Assembly (NCBI GenBank): GCA_040901985.1
Contig: JBBDYC010000017.1
Span: 1 to 64,000 of the forward strand
DNA from: Gemmatimonadaceae bacterium
Lineage (GTDB): Bacteria; Gemmatimonadota; Gemmatimonadetes; Gemmatimonadales; Gemmatimonadaceae
Direction: 5' to 3'
DNA length: 64,000 nt
The position numbers were made by a program, and so were the translations under genes. Every line of letters begins with the position of its first letter. The first letter of the stretch is position 1. Below the pieces are notes generated by a model. The model was not told the origin of the DNA, searched no databases, and saw only the letters and a program-made list of their open reading frames with translations. This document shows positions 31,221 to 39,740 of this stretch, piece by piece.

Positions 31221-31376
31221 ATGAACGCTCCGCTCTCCGGCCGCGACACCGCGGCGGCCTTCAAGGGCCTGATCGTCGGCCTGGTCGCCCTGGCCGTCAT
31301 CGTGCTCACGATCGTGAACCTGACCAACCGGAAGTTCGAGTCGCACGAGACGCCTGCAGCGACCTCAACGCCCTGA
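31221..31376 (+). CDS. Small single-TM protein (51 aa), below ORF-track cutoff
   Basis: AGAGGA RBS; MNAPLSGRDTAAAFKGLIVGLVALAVIVLTIVNLTNRKFESHETPAATSTP*; stop 1 bp before ATPase start. Confidence 0.75.
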   Translation: MNAPLSGRDTAAAFKGLIVGLVALAVIVLTIVNLTNRKFESHETPAATSTP

Positions 31377-31377
31377 C

Positions 31378-33276
31378 GTGACCGCTGTTGCCGCGGCCGA
31401 GCGCCCCGCGTCCTCCGAGGGGCGCGGGGCGCTCCTGTTCCTGCGCGACGCCGCCCGCATTCCGGCGCTGACGCTCCTCGCGCTCGTGGTTGGCGGCCTC
31501 ATCGCACTCTCACCGACGGCCCGGCCGTGGGTGCAGCCGGGACTCTTCGTCGCGCTCGTGTTGCTCGGCGCGCCGGTCGTCCTGCGCACCGTGCGAGGAT
31601 TGCTGCGGGGCAAGTTCGCCGCCGACGTCGTCGCGATGTTGGCAATCGTCACCGCAATCGCCCTCGCTGAACCGATTGCCGGCCTGGTGATCGTGCTGAT
31701 GCAGACCGGCGGCGAACTGCTGGAGCGTTACGCCGAAGGCCGCGCGTCGGCGGCGGTGCGCGAGTTGGAGGCGGCCGCCCCCCGGATTGCCCATCGCCTG
31801 CGCGGCAACCGGCCCGACGACGCCGAGGATGTCGCCGCCGATCGCGTGGTGGTGGGCGACCGCGTCCTCGTCCGGCCGGGAGAGATGATCCCCTGTGACG
31901 GCGTCGTCGCCGACGGTTCGAGTTCGCTCGACACCTCGCGCATCACCGGCGAGCCGCTGCCGGAGCGGGTCGGCCCCGGCGCGACGGTGCGCTCCGGCGT
32001 CGTCAATCTGCAGAGCCCCCTGATTGTCCGCGTGACTGCGTTGGCCAGCGCTTCCCTCTATGCGCAGATCGTCGAGCTCGTCCGGACCGCCCAGGCGGAG
32101 AAGTCCCCGATTCAGCGGATGGCGGACCGGTGGGCCGTCTGGTTCACGCCGGTCACGCTCGCCGCGTGCGCGGTGGCCTGGTGGCTGTCCGGAGACCCGG
32201 CGCGCGTGCTCGCGGTGCTGGTCGTGGCCACGCCCTGCCCGCTCCTCCTCGCCACTCCGGTGGCGGTGATTGGCGGGATCAACCGCGCGGCACGGCGCCA
32301 GATCATCGTGCGGAACGGGACCGCACTCGAGCAGCTCGCGCGCGTGGACGTGGCGGTCTTCGACAAGACCGGGACCCTCACCATCGGACACCCGGAAGTG
32401 GATGCCGTGGCCGCAACGCCGGGGACGAGCGAGGACGAGGTGCTCCGCCTCGCCGGCGCGCTCGAGGTCGGCTCCGGCCATCTTCTCGCGCGCACGACCG
32501 TCGCCGCCGCCCGCGCACGTGGCCTTGAACTCGCCGCGGCCACCGAAGTCGTCGAGCATCCCGGACAGGGCGTCACCGGCCTTGTCGGGGGGCGGCGCGT
32601 GAGCGTGGGGTCACTTGGCCTCGTCGCCGCGCAACATCCGGGCGCACTCGGCGCGTTGCGCGGCGTGCACGGGGCGGCGAGCGGCCTCCGCGCCTACGTC
32701 GCGGCGGACGACGCGGCGATGGGGATGATCCATTACGCCGACCGGGCGCGCCCCGGACTCCGCGCGATGTTCGACCGGCTGCGCGACCGGGGCATCGTGC
32801 GAGTCGTGCTCCTCTCTGGCGACCATTCCGCGAGCGTGGTGCCGATGGCGGCGGAGGTCGGGATCACCGATGCCCGCGGCGACCTTCTTCCCGCCGATAA
32901 GGTCGAGGCCGTCCGCGCGCTCGAGCGCGAGGGGCACCGGGTGCTGATGGTCGGCGACGGCACCAACGACGCCCCGGCGCTCTCGGCGGCCACGGTGGGC
33001 GTGGCGCTCGCGGCGCACGGCGGCGGGATCTCGGCCGAGGCGGCGGGGATCGTCCTGCTTGCCGACGATATCACCCGCGTGGACGAGGCCGTGGCGATCG
33101 GCCAGCGCACCGTGCGAATCGCACGGCAGAGCATCGTCGCCGGCCTGGTCCTCTCCGGCACGGCGATGGTGGTCGCGGCGCTCGGCTACATCCCGCCGAC
33201 CCTCGGAGCGCTGCTGCAGGAAGGGATAGACGTGGCCGTGATCGTGAACGCCCTCCGCGCCGCCCGCGCCGGCTGA
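31378..33276 (+). CDS. Heavy-metal P1B-type ATPase (P1B-5-like)
   Basis: TGE, VATPCP, DKTGT, GDGTND, QEGID; no N-terminal metal-binding or C-terminal hemerythrin domain. Confidence 0.92.
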   Translation: MTAVAAAERPASSEGRGALLFLRDAARIPALTLLALVVGGLIALSPTARPWVQPGLFVALVLLGAPVVLRTVRGLLRGKFAADVVAMLAIVTAIALAEPIAGLVIVLMQTGGELLERYAEGRASAAVRELEAAAPRIAHRLRGNRPDDAEDVAADRVVVGDRVLVRPGEMIPCDGVVADGSSSLDTSRITGEPLPERVGPGATVRSGVVNLQSPLIVRVTALASASLYAQIVELVRTAQAEKSPIQRMADRWAVWFTPVTLAACAVAWWLSGDPARVLAVLVVATPCPLLLATPVAVIGGINRAARRQIIVRNGTALEQLARVDVAVFDKTGTLTIGHPEVDAVAATPGTSEDEVLRLAGALEVGSGHLLARTTVAAARARGLELAAATEVVEHPGQGVTGLVGGRRVSVGSLGLVAAQHPGALGALRGVHGAASGLRAYVAADDAAMGMIHYADRARPGLRAMFDRLRDRGIVRVVLLSGDHSASVVPMAAEVGITDARGDLLPADKVEAVRALEREGHRVLMVGDGTNDAPALSAATVGVALAAHGGGISAEAAGIVLLADDITRVDEAVAIGQRTVRIARQSIVAGLVLSGTAMVVAALGYIPPTLGALLQEGIDVAVIVNALRAARAG

Positions 33277-33353
33277 CCCGCCCGGGGTGCGGGCAACCCC
33301 GACGCTCGTTACCCTGTCTAGTCCCAGTACTCCTCCGCCCGGATCCCGCGCCG

Positions 33354-33956
33354 ATGACCGACCCCGCCCTTCCCGCCCGCGCCGACGCCCTCGCCCTGAT
33401 GGAGAGCTGGACGGCCAGCGATTCGCTCCGCAAGCATATGCTCGCGGTCGAGGCCGCGATGGTGGCCTACGCCCGCCGCTTCGGCGAGGATGAGGCGCGC
33501 TGGAGCCTGGCCGGCCTTCTCCACGACTTCGACTACGAGCGCTTCCCGAACGCCGCGCACGCCGCCGACGTCGAGCACCCCGCAGAGGGTGTGCGCCACC
33601 TGCGCGGCCTCGGCTACCCCGAGGACGTCCTCCAGGCGATCCTCGGCCACGCCCACTACACCGGCGTCGCGAGGGAGACGCGGATGGCCAAGGCACTCTT
33701 CGCGGTGGACGAACTGACCGGACTGATCACTGCCGCCACCCTCGTGCGGCCGTCGCGGAGCGTCCTCGATCTCGAGGTGTCGAGCGTCAAGAAGAAGATG
33801 AAGGACAAGGCGTTCGCGCGGGGGGTATCACGCGAGGATGTCGTTAACGGGGCCGCCGAACTCGGCGTCGAACTTGACGCACACATCGCCTTCGTCATCG
33901 GGGCGATGCGCGAGCGCGCACCCCTCCTCGGCCTCGCCGGCCCGGCTCCCGCGTGA
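33354..33956 (+). CDS. HD (HDIG) domain phosphohydrolase
   Basis: LRKHMLAVE, LLHDFDYE, FAVDELTG, KDKAFARGV. Confidence 0.9.
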   Translation: MTDPALPARADALALMESWTASDSLRKHMLAVEAAMVAYARRFGEDEARWSLAGLLHDFDYERFPNAAHAADVEHPAEGVRHLRGLGYPEDVLQAILGHAHYTGVARETRMAKALFAVDELTGLITAATLVRPSRSVLDLEVSSVKKKMKDKAFARGVSREDVVNGAAELGVELDAHIAFVIGAMRERAPLLGLAGPAPA

Positions 33957-34049
33957 CCCCCGAGTCGCCCCCGCGTCGGACGACTGCCAACGCCCCAACG
34001 CCCGATGTCCGCGCCGCGTACAGGAGACAGTGACCAGTGAGCGTTCAGA

Positions 34050-34640
34050 GTGACCGCGGTCGCCCTGCCGTGGGGGCAAGCGCCCCGTCGGGCCGTGACT
34101 GAGCGTCCCGCCGACGAGCGTGACCTCGTGCTTGCCGCCCAGCGGGGCGAGCGCGCTGCCTTCTCGGAGCTCGTGCGAAGGCACCAGCGGCGGGCGTACG
34201 TGGTCGCGCGGTCAATCGTCATCAATCACGAGGATGCCGAGGATGCGGTGCAGGACGGGTTCCTGCACGCGTTCAAGGCGATCCACCGGTTCCTGCCGGA
34301 CCAGGCATTCGGGGCGTGGCTGCACCGGATCGTCGCGAATGCCGCGTTGGACGTGACACGGCGCCGCAAGGTGCGTGACGCGGATGAACTGCCCGAGACG
34401 GTGGCCTCACCGTTCAGGGACCCGGCCGAAGGCGGGGAGCTCCGCCGGCGGCTGGCGGAGGCGTTGGAAACGCTCCCCGCGCGCCAGCGCTCGGTGATCG
34501 TGCTGCACGATGTGGAGGGCTACAAACACGCGGAGATCGGGAAGCTGCTGGACATCCCGGAAGGGACCGCCCGGTCCGATCTCCATTACGCGAGGTCCCA
34601 TTTGCGCCAGGTGCTCGGCGCGGTGAGGAGCGGATTATGA
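34050..34640 (+). CDS. ECF RNA polymerase sigma factor
   Basis: DAEDAVQD, FGAWLHRIVAN, LP.RQR.VIVL, EIG.LL.IPEGT.RS. Confidence 0.93.
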   Translation: MTAVALPWGQAPRRAVTERPADERDLVLAAQRGERAAFSELVRRHQRRAYVVARSIVINHEDAEDAVQDGFLHAFKAIHRFLPDQAFGAWLHRIVANAALDVTRRRKVRDADELPETVASPFRDPAEGGELRRRLAEALETLPARQRSVIVLHDVEGYKHAEIGKLLDIPEGTARSDLHYARSHLRQVLGAVRSGL

Positions 34641-35011
34641 CCGATGAACTGACCGGCCCGGCGTTGGTCCGGGACGATGAAGTGACGAACCACCTGCGGG
34701 CCATCGTGGCGCCGCCGGCGGCGGAGTCGTACTGGGCCGGGCTCGAGCGGCGCATCCTGGCGCGGATCGAGCGGGGCCAGGACCAGGGGCGTTGGTGGGC
34801 ACTGTCGGAGCGCGCCTACCAGGTCGGCCTCCTTGCCGCCGGGCTGACGCTGGTTATCGCCGGGTCCGTGTTCCTGCGCGAGCGCGCGCTCGAGCGCCGG
34901 ATGGCGTACGAATCGGTGATCGAGACTCCCGCGCGGTCGCAGCAGGTGTTTGCCCGTCGCGGGCTGGTGCCCGACCGGCAGGCAACCCTGCGCGCCGTCA
35001 CCGACCACTAA
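34637..35011 (+). CDS. Putative single-TM anti-sigma factor
   Basis: ATGA overlap with sigma; PPAAESYW..LE.RI then one TM helix. Confidence 0.65.
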   Translation: MTDELTGPALVRDDEVTNHLRAIVAPPAAESYWAGLERRILARIERGQDQGRWWALSERAYQVGLLAAGLTLVIAGSVFLRERALERRMAYESVIETPARSQQVFARRGLVPDRQATLRAVTDH

Positions 35012-35026
35012 CGGAGCGAGGGGACG

Positions 35027-35404
35027 ATGCGTCGAACCCAGGTACTGGCGCTGGCGTTCTTCGTGGCCACGGCCGCGGCAGGTGTCGCGATCGGGATTAC
35101 GGCGGACCGGTGGTTCCTCCGGGAACGGACCGAGCGGCAGTGGGGGGATCAACGGGCGATGCGGGCGCGGCTGGCGGACGACCTCCGGATGACGGAGGCG
35201 CAGCGCGCCCAGCTCGACTCGGTGCTCGACGGCCGGAACCGTCAGTACGACTCGCTGATGGCCCCGGTCCGTCCCGGCCTTGACTCGCTCGGGGCGGCCA
35301 CCCGCCAGCGGATCCGGCAGCTGCTCACGCCCGAGCAGCAGGCCACCTACGACCAGATGTTGCGCGAGCGCGAAGAAGCTCGTAGCCGGGAGAAGAAGCA
35401 ATGA
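35027..35404 (+). CDS. Periplasmic helical protein (Spy/CpxP-like)
   Basis: N-terminal anchor; L.MTEAQ and LLTPEQ motifs. Confidence 0.7.
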   Translation: MRRTQVLALAFFVATAAAGVAIGITADRWFLRERTERQWGDQRAMRARLADDLRMTEAQRAQLDSVLDGRNRQYDSLMAPVRPGLDSLGAATRQRIRQLLTPEQQATYDQMLREREEARSREKKQ

Positions 35405-36705
35405 AGGGGTTCGTGAACGCGGTCGGAACGCTCCTGCTCATCGTCACTCCATCGGCTGCCGCCGCGCAGGGAGAGGCTCGGCCAATTCCACTCGACGAGG
35501 CGGTGCGGCTCGCCCAACGCAACGCGCCGGCAACCGTGCAGGCGCGCAATGCGCTGAGCACCAACGCGGCGACCGTTCGCCAGCGCTACGCCGCCTACGT
35601 CCCGACGCTGAGCTTCGGCTCGAACGTCAGCCGGCAGGTCGGCACGCGATTCGTCGCCGACCTGAACGAATTCCGCCCCAATCCGCAGCCGTGGCGCGGC
35701 GGCCACAGCTTCAACTCGAGCATTGACCTCTTCAACGGCCGGCGGCTGTTCGACCTCCAGTCGGCGCGCTCCAATCTCGACGCCGCCGAGGCGACCGAAG
35801 TGACGCAGACCTTCACCGTCGCACTCCAGGTGAAGCAGCAGTACTACGGCGTGCTGGCGGCGCGCGAACAGCGCGCCGCTGCCGACAAGCAGCTCGAGCA
35901 GGCCGAACAACAGCTTCGCGCCTCGACGGCGCGCGTCGCCGCCGGTGCGGCCACGCGGTCGGACTCACTCCGCTCATCCATCCAGGTCGGGAATGCGCGG
36001 CTCGCCATCCTGACAGCCGACAACGCGATCGCGACGGCCAACGCGGCCCTCTCGCGCCTCGTCGGCACCGAGTCCATCGTGACCGCCGTCGCCAATGACA
36101 CCTCGGATACCGGCGAGATCGCCCTGAGCGACGCCGACCTGCTCGCCCTGGCCGAGCGCGGGCCGGCGGTGCGCCAAGCCCGCGCGCAGCACGCGGCGGC
36201 GCTCCAGTCCTCGCGTTCGAGCAAGACCCTGTACCTCCCACGGGTCTCGGCCAGCGTCGGCTGGGCCTACTCGGCCGCCGATACCGGCATCCAGTTCCTA
36301 GGCGACAAGGAGCTTCGCAACACCACGACGCGACTGACCGTCAACTTCCCGCTCCTCGACGGCCTCAGCCGCGAGACGCAGGTCGCCACGGCGTCGGCGA
36401 ACGCCGACAACGCCCGTGTGCAACTCCGGGACGCCGAGCTCAACGCGCGCCAGCAGATGATCCAGCAGCTCGGCGCCTACCGCACGGCGCAGGCCCGGGT
36501 CGAAATCCAGCTGGAGACGGTCGCCGCCGGCGAGGAGGACCTCCGCGTCCAGCAGGAGCGCTACAACCTCGGCGCCTCGACGCTCCTCGACCTGCTCTCC
36601 TCGCAGACGACGCTCGACCAGGCGCGGCGCGACCTCATTCAGGCGCGGCTCGACGCGCGCACCGCCAAGGCCCAGATCGAAACATTGATCGGCCGCGACC
36701 TCTAG
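35401..36705 (+). CDS. TolC-family outer-membrane efflux protein
   Basis: Signal peptide; LDEAV.LA, VKQQYY, RYNLG.ST.LDLL. Confidence 0.9.
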   Translation: MKGFVNAVGTLLLIVTPSAAAAQGEARPIPLDEAVRLAQRNAPATVQARNALSTNAATVRQRYAAYVPTLSFGSNVSRQVGTRFVADLNEFRPNPQPWRGGHSFNSSIDLFNGRRLFDLQSARSNLDAAEATEVTQTFTVALQVKQQYYGVLAAREQRAAADKQLEQAEQQLRASTARVAAGAATRSDSLRSSIQVGNARLAILTADNAIATANAALSRLVGTESIVTAVANDTSDTGEIALSDADLLALAERGPAVRQARAQHAAALQSSRSSKTLYLPRVSASVGWAYSAADTGIQFLGDKELRNTTTRLTVNFPLLDGLSRETQVATASANADNARVQLRDAELNARQQMIQQLGAYRTAQARVEIQLETVAAGEEDLRVQQERYNLGASTLLDLLSSQTTLDQARRDLIQARLDARTAKAQIETLIGRDL

Positions 36706-36751
36706 TCGGTCCGCCGACTCGCATCCTCGCAATCCCCCGGAGTCTCTCGCC

Positions 36752-38476
36752 GTGTTCCGCCAGTCGCTGTCGCTCGCCCCGCTCGCCTTGATCCTCGCCG
36801 GTTGTGGCAGGTCGCAGGCATCCTCCCTCCCGATCCAGACCGCCACCGTCGAGCGGCGGACGATCGTCGTGCAGGCCGAGGCCACCGGCATCATCGAGCC
36901 GATCAATGTCGTCGAGGTGAAGTCGCGCTCGTCGGGGCAGATCATCGAGATGCCGATCGAGACCGGGTCGCTTGTCCGCCCCGGGATGCTGATCGTCCAG
37001 CTCGACACCCGCGATGTGAAGAACCAGTTCGACCAAGCCAAGGCCGACCTCGAGGCGTCGGAGAAGCAGCTGGAAGTGGCCGAGGTGCAGAAGCGCCGGT
37101 CCGACGAGCTCCTCGCGGCGAAGATCATCACGCCGCAGGAGAACGAGGCCACGCAGCTCAGCTACGCCAACGCGCTCTCGTCCATCGTCCGCGCCCGCAC
37201 CAATCTCGACCTCGCCCAGCAGCGGCTCGATGACGCCCGCGTGACCGCGCCGGTGACCGGCACGATCATTGACAAGCCGGTCGCGCTTGGCCAGGTGATC
37301 CAGTCCGGCACGAGCACCGCCGGCGGCGGCACGACGATCGTCAAGATGGCCGACCTCACCAAGGTGCGCGCCCGGGCGCTCGTGAACGAGACCGACATCG
37401 GCCGGGTCCAGCAGGGTCAGGCGGCCACCGTGATCGTTGACGCGTTCCCCGACCGTCCCTTCGCCGGCATCGTCGAGAAGATCGAACCGCAGGCCGTCGT
37501 GCAGCAGAACGTCACGATGTTCCCGGTCCTCGTGTCGCTCGAGAACCGCGAAGGCCTCCTGATGCCAGGGATGAATGGCGAGGTGTCCATCATCTCGGAT
37601 CGCCGCGAGAATGTCGTGGCGGTGCCCAACGAGGCGATCCGGTCGGTGCGCGAGGCGGCGCAGGCGGCGGAGATCCTCGGCATTGATCCTGATTCGGTGC
37701 AGGCCCATCTGCGGCGCGGTATGGCGCCGGCGGGCGGGATTGGTGGCGGGATGCCGGCCGGAGGGCCGGCCGGCCGGCCGCGTCAGATCCCGGTGAGCTC
37801 GCCAGGGTTCGTCGCATTCAGCGAGCCAGTGGGCCAGCAGGGACGTCCCGGCCAGGGCGGCTTCCAACTGCCCAACGTCACCGACGCGCAGTGCAAGGGA
37901 GTCGAGGACGCGCGGCTGGCGAAGCCGGCGGCGGCGAAGAAGGTGGACGACCTCACCGCGCGAATGCGCGACCCGAGCGCGGACCGCCAGGCGCTGACGG
38001 GCCAACTGCGCGCCGCCTACACGGAACTCGGCGTGGACATCAACGTCGTGCGTGCCTGCCGCGCACGCGCGGGTACCGGCCCGGCAGGTCAGTCGGCCAC
38101 GCCGGCCACCGCGGGCAACCCGACCGGCACTCCGGCCACTAACCCGGCGGGCAATCCGGCGGGCGCGCCTCGCCAGACAGCGGCCGGCACGCCGGCCACC
38201 CCGACCCGGGCATCGCGCACCGCGACCCGCGCCGGACTCGTCTTCGTCCAGCGCGCCGACTCGAGCTGGGAAGCGCGAATGGTCCGCCTCGGCGTCGCCG
38301 ACTACGACTTCACCGAAGTGATCAGTGGCCTCGAGGAGGGCGATCGGGTGGCCCTGCTCAGCGCGGCGGCGCTGCAGATGCAGCGCCAGCAGAATCAGGA
38401 CCGGATGCGGGCGATGACCGGCGGCGCGAGTCCGCTTGGCGGCGCCACTGGCGGCGCGCGACCCGGGCCACGGTAG
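36752..38476 (+). CDS. MacA-like efflux periplasmic adaptor (lipoprotein)
   Basis: Lipobox LAGC; VEVKSRSSG, APVTGTI, VNETDIG, LMPGM, SGLEEGD. Confidence 0.9.
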   Translation: MFRQSLSLAPLALILAGCGRSQASSLPIQTATVERRTIVVQAEATGIIEPINVVEVKSRSSGQIIEMPIETGSLVRPGMLIVQLDTRDVKNQFDQAKADLEASEKQLEVAEVQKRRSDELLAAKIITPQENEATQLSYANALSSIVRARTNLDLAQQRLDDARVTAPVTGTIIDKPVALGQVIQSGTSTAGGGTTIVKMADLTKVRARALVNETDIGRVQQGQAATVIVDAFPDRPFAGIVEKIEPQAVVQQNVTMFPVLVSLENREGLLMPGMNGEVSIISDRRENVVAVPNEAIRSVREAAQAAEILGIDPDSVQAHLRRGMAPAGGIGGGMPAGGPAGRPRQIPVSSPGFVAFSEPVGQQGRPGQGGFQLPNVTDAQCKGVEDARLAKPAAAKKVDDLTARMRDPSADRQALTGQLRAAYTELGVDINVVRACRARAGTGPAGQSATPATAGNPTGTPATNPAGNPAGAPRQTAAGTPATPTRASRTATRAGLVFVQRADSSWEARMVRLGVADYDFTEVISGLEEGDRVALLSAAALQMQRQQNQDRMRAMTGGASPLGGATGGARPGPR

Positions 38477-38483
38477 CCGACCA

Positions 38484-39704
38484 ATGCTCTTCGGCGAGAC
38501 CATCCGCGTCGCCCTCGGCGCCCTCCGCGCCAACAAGATGCGGTCGCTGCTCACGATGCTTGGCATCGTGATCGGCGTCTCGGCGGTCATCGCGGTCGTG
38601 GCACTCGGCCGCGGCGCGCAGCAGGCGGTGAATGATCGCATTGCGTCGCTTGGGACCACGCTCCTTACGGTGTCGCCGGGCCAGGCGCGCACCGCCGGCG
38701 TCTCCTCATTTGACGTGCGTACGCGCCTTACGGTAGAGGACGCCCAGGCGCTGGTGGACCGCGGGACCGTCATCACGGCGGTCCAGCCCGAGATGTCGTC
38801 CAACCTGCAGGTCCAGTATCTCAACAAGAACGCCGGCACCCAGGTCGTCGGCACGACGGCCAACTATCCCGTGGTCCGCAAGTACGAGATTGCCGCAGGA
38901 CGCTTCTTCACGCAGGGCGAGGACCTCAGCCGGCAGCGGCTGGCCGTCGTCGGACCGACCGTCGTCGAGAACCTCGGCCTGCAGAGCCCCGACGGGCTGG
39001 TTGGCGAGAACATCCGCATCCGCGGCATCCAGTTCACCGTCATCGGCGTCTACAAGTCGAAGGGCCAGGCGAGTCCGTTCAACAACCCCGACGACCAGAT
39101 CCTCATCCCGATCCAGACGGCGCGCTTCCGGGTGATGGGGAGCAACCGGCTGCGCTCGATCTCCGTCCTGGCGCCAAGCGAGGCGCAGATCCCGGACGCG
39201 ATGGCGGACATCCAGAAGATCCTCCGGCGGGAGCACAAACTGCGCCCCGAGCGCCCGGACGACTTCCAGATCCGCAACCAGGCGGACTTTCTGAACACCC
39301 TCGGCGAGACCACGCAGGTCTTCTCGATGCTCCTCGCCGGAATCGCCGCGGTCTCGCTCCTCGTCGGCGGCATTGGGATCATGAACATCATGCTCGTCTC
39401 GGTGACCGAGCGAACCCGTGAGATCGGCATCCGCAAGGCACTCGGCGCGACGAAGCTGAACATCCTCTTCCAGTTCCTGATCGAGGCCGTCGTGCTCTGC
39501 CTGGTGGGCGGGGCAATCGGCATCGGCGTAGGCGCGGGCGGCGCGATGGCGTTCACGAACCTGCTCGGCTGGTCCACCCAGGTCGGCGCCTCGTCGGTGG
39601 GCCTGGCATTCGGCTTCTCCGCGGTCGTCGGGCTGGTGTTCGGCGTCTACCCGGCGAGGCGCGCCGCCGGACTCGACCCCATCGTCGCCCTGCGCTACGA
39701 GTGA
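38484..39704 (+). CDS. MacB/FtsX-type ABC permease
   Basis: RSLLTMLGIVIG, GGIGIMNIMLVSVTERTREIGIRKALGA, DPIVALRYE. Confidence 0.95.
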   Translation: MLFGETIRVALGALRANKMRSLLTMLGIVIGVSAVIAVVALGRGAQQAVNDRIASLGTTLLTVSPGQARTAGVSSFDVRTRLTVEDAQALVDRGTVITAVQPEMSSNLQVQYLNKNAGTQVVGTTANYPVVRKYEIAAGRFFTQGEDLSRQRLAVVGPTVVENLGLQSPDGLVGENIRIRGIQFTVIGVYKSKGQASPFNNPDDQILIPIQTARFRVMGSNRLRSISVLAPSEAQIPDAMADIQKILRREHKLRPERPDDFQIRNQADFLNTLGETTQVFSMLLAGIAAVSLLVGGIGIMNIMLVSVTERTREIGIRKALGATKLNILFQFLIEAVVLCLVGGAIGIGVGAGGAMAFTNLLGWSTQVGASSVGLAFGFSAVVGLVFGVYPARRAAGLDPIVALRYE

Positions 39705-39740
39705 CGGTGCTCGGACACCGACTGTAGATTATCGGTCGAG

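Noticed and set aside
39705..39740. c-di-AMP riboswitch upstream of kup
   Set aside because: Only 36 bp of intergenic sequence and no motif
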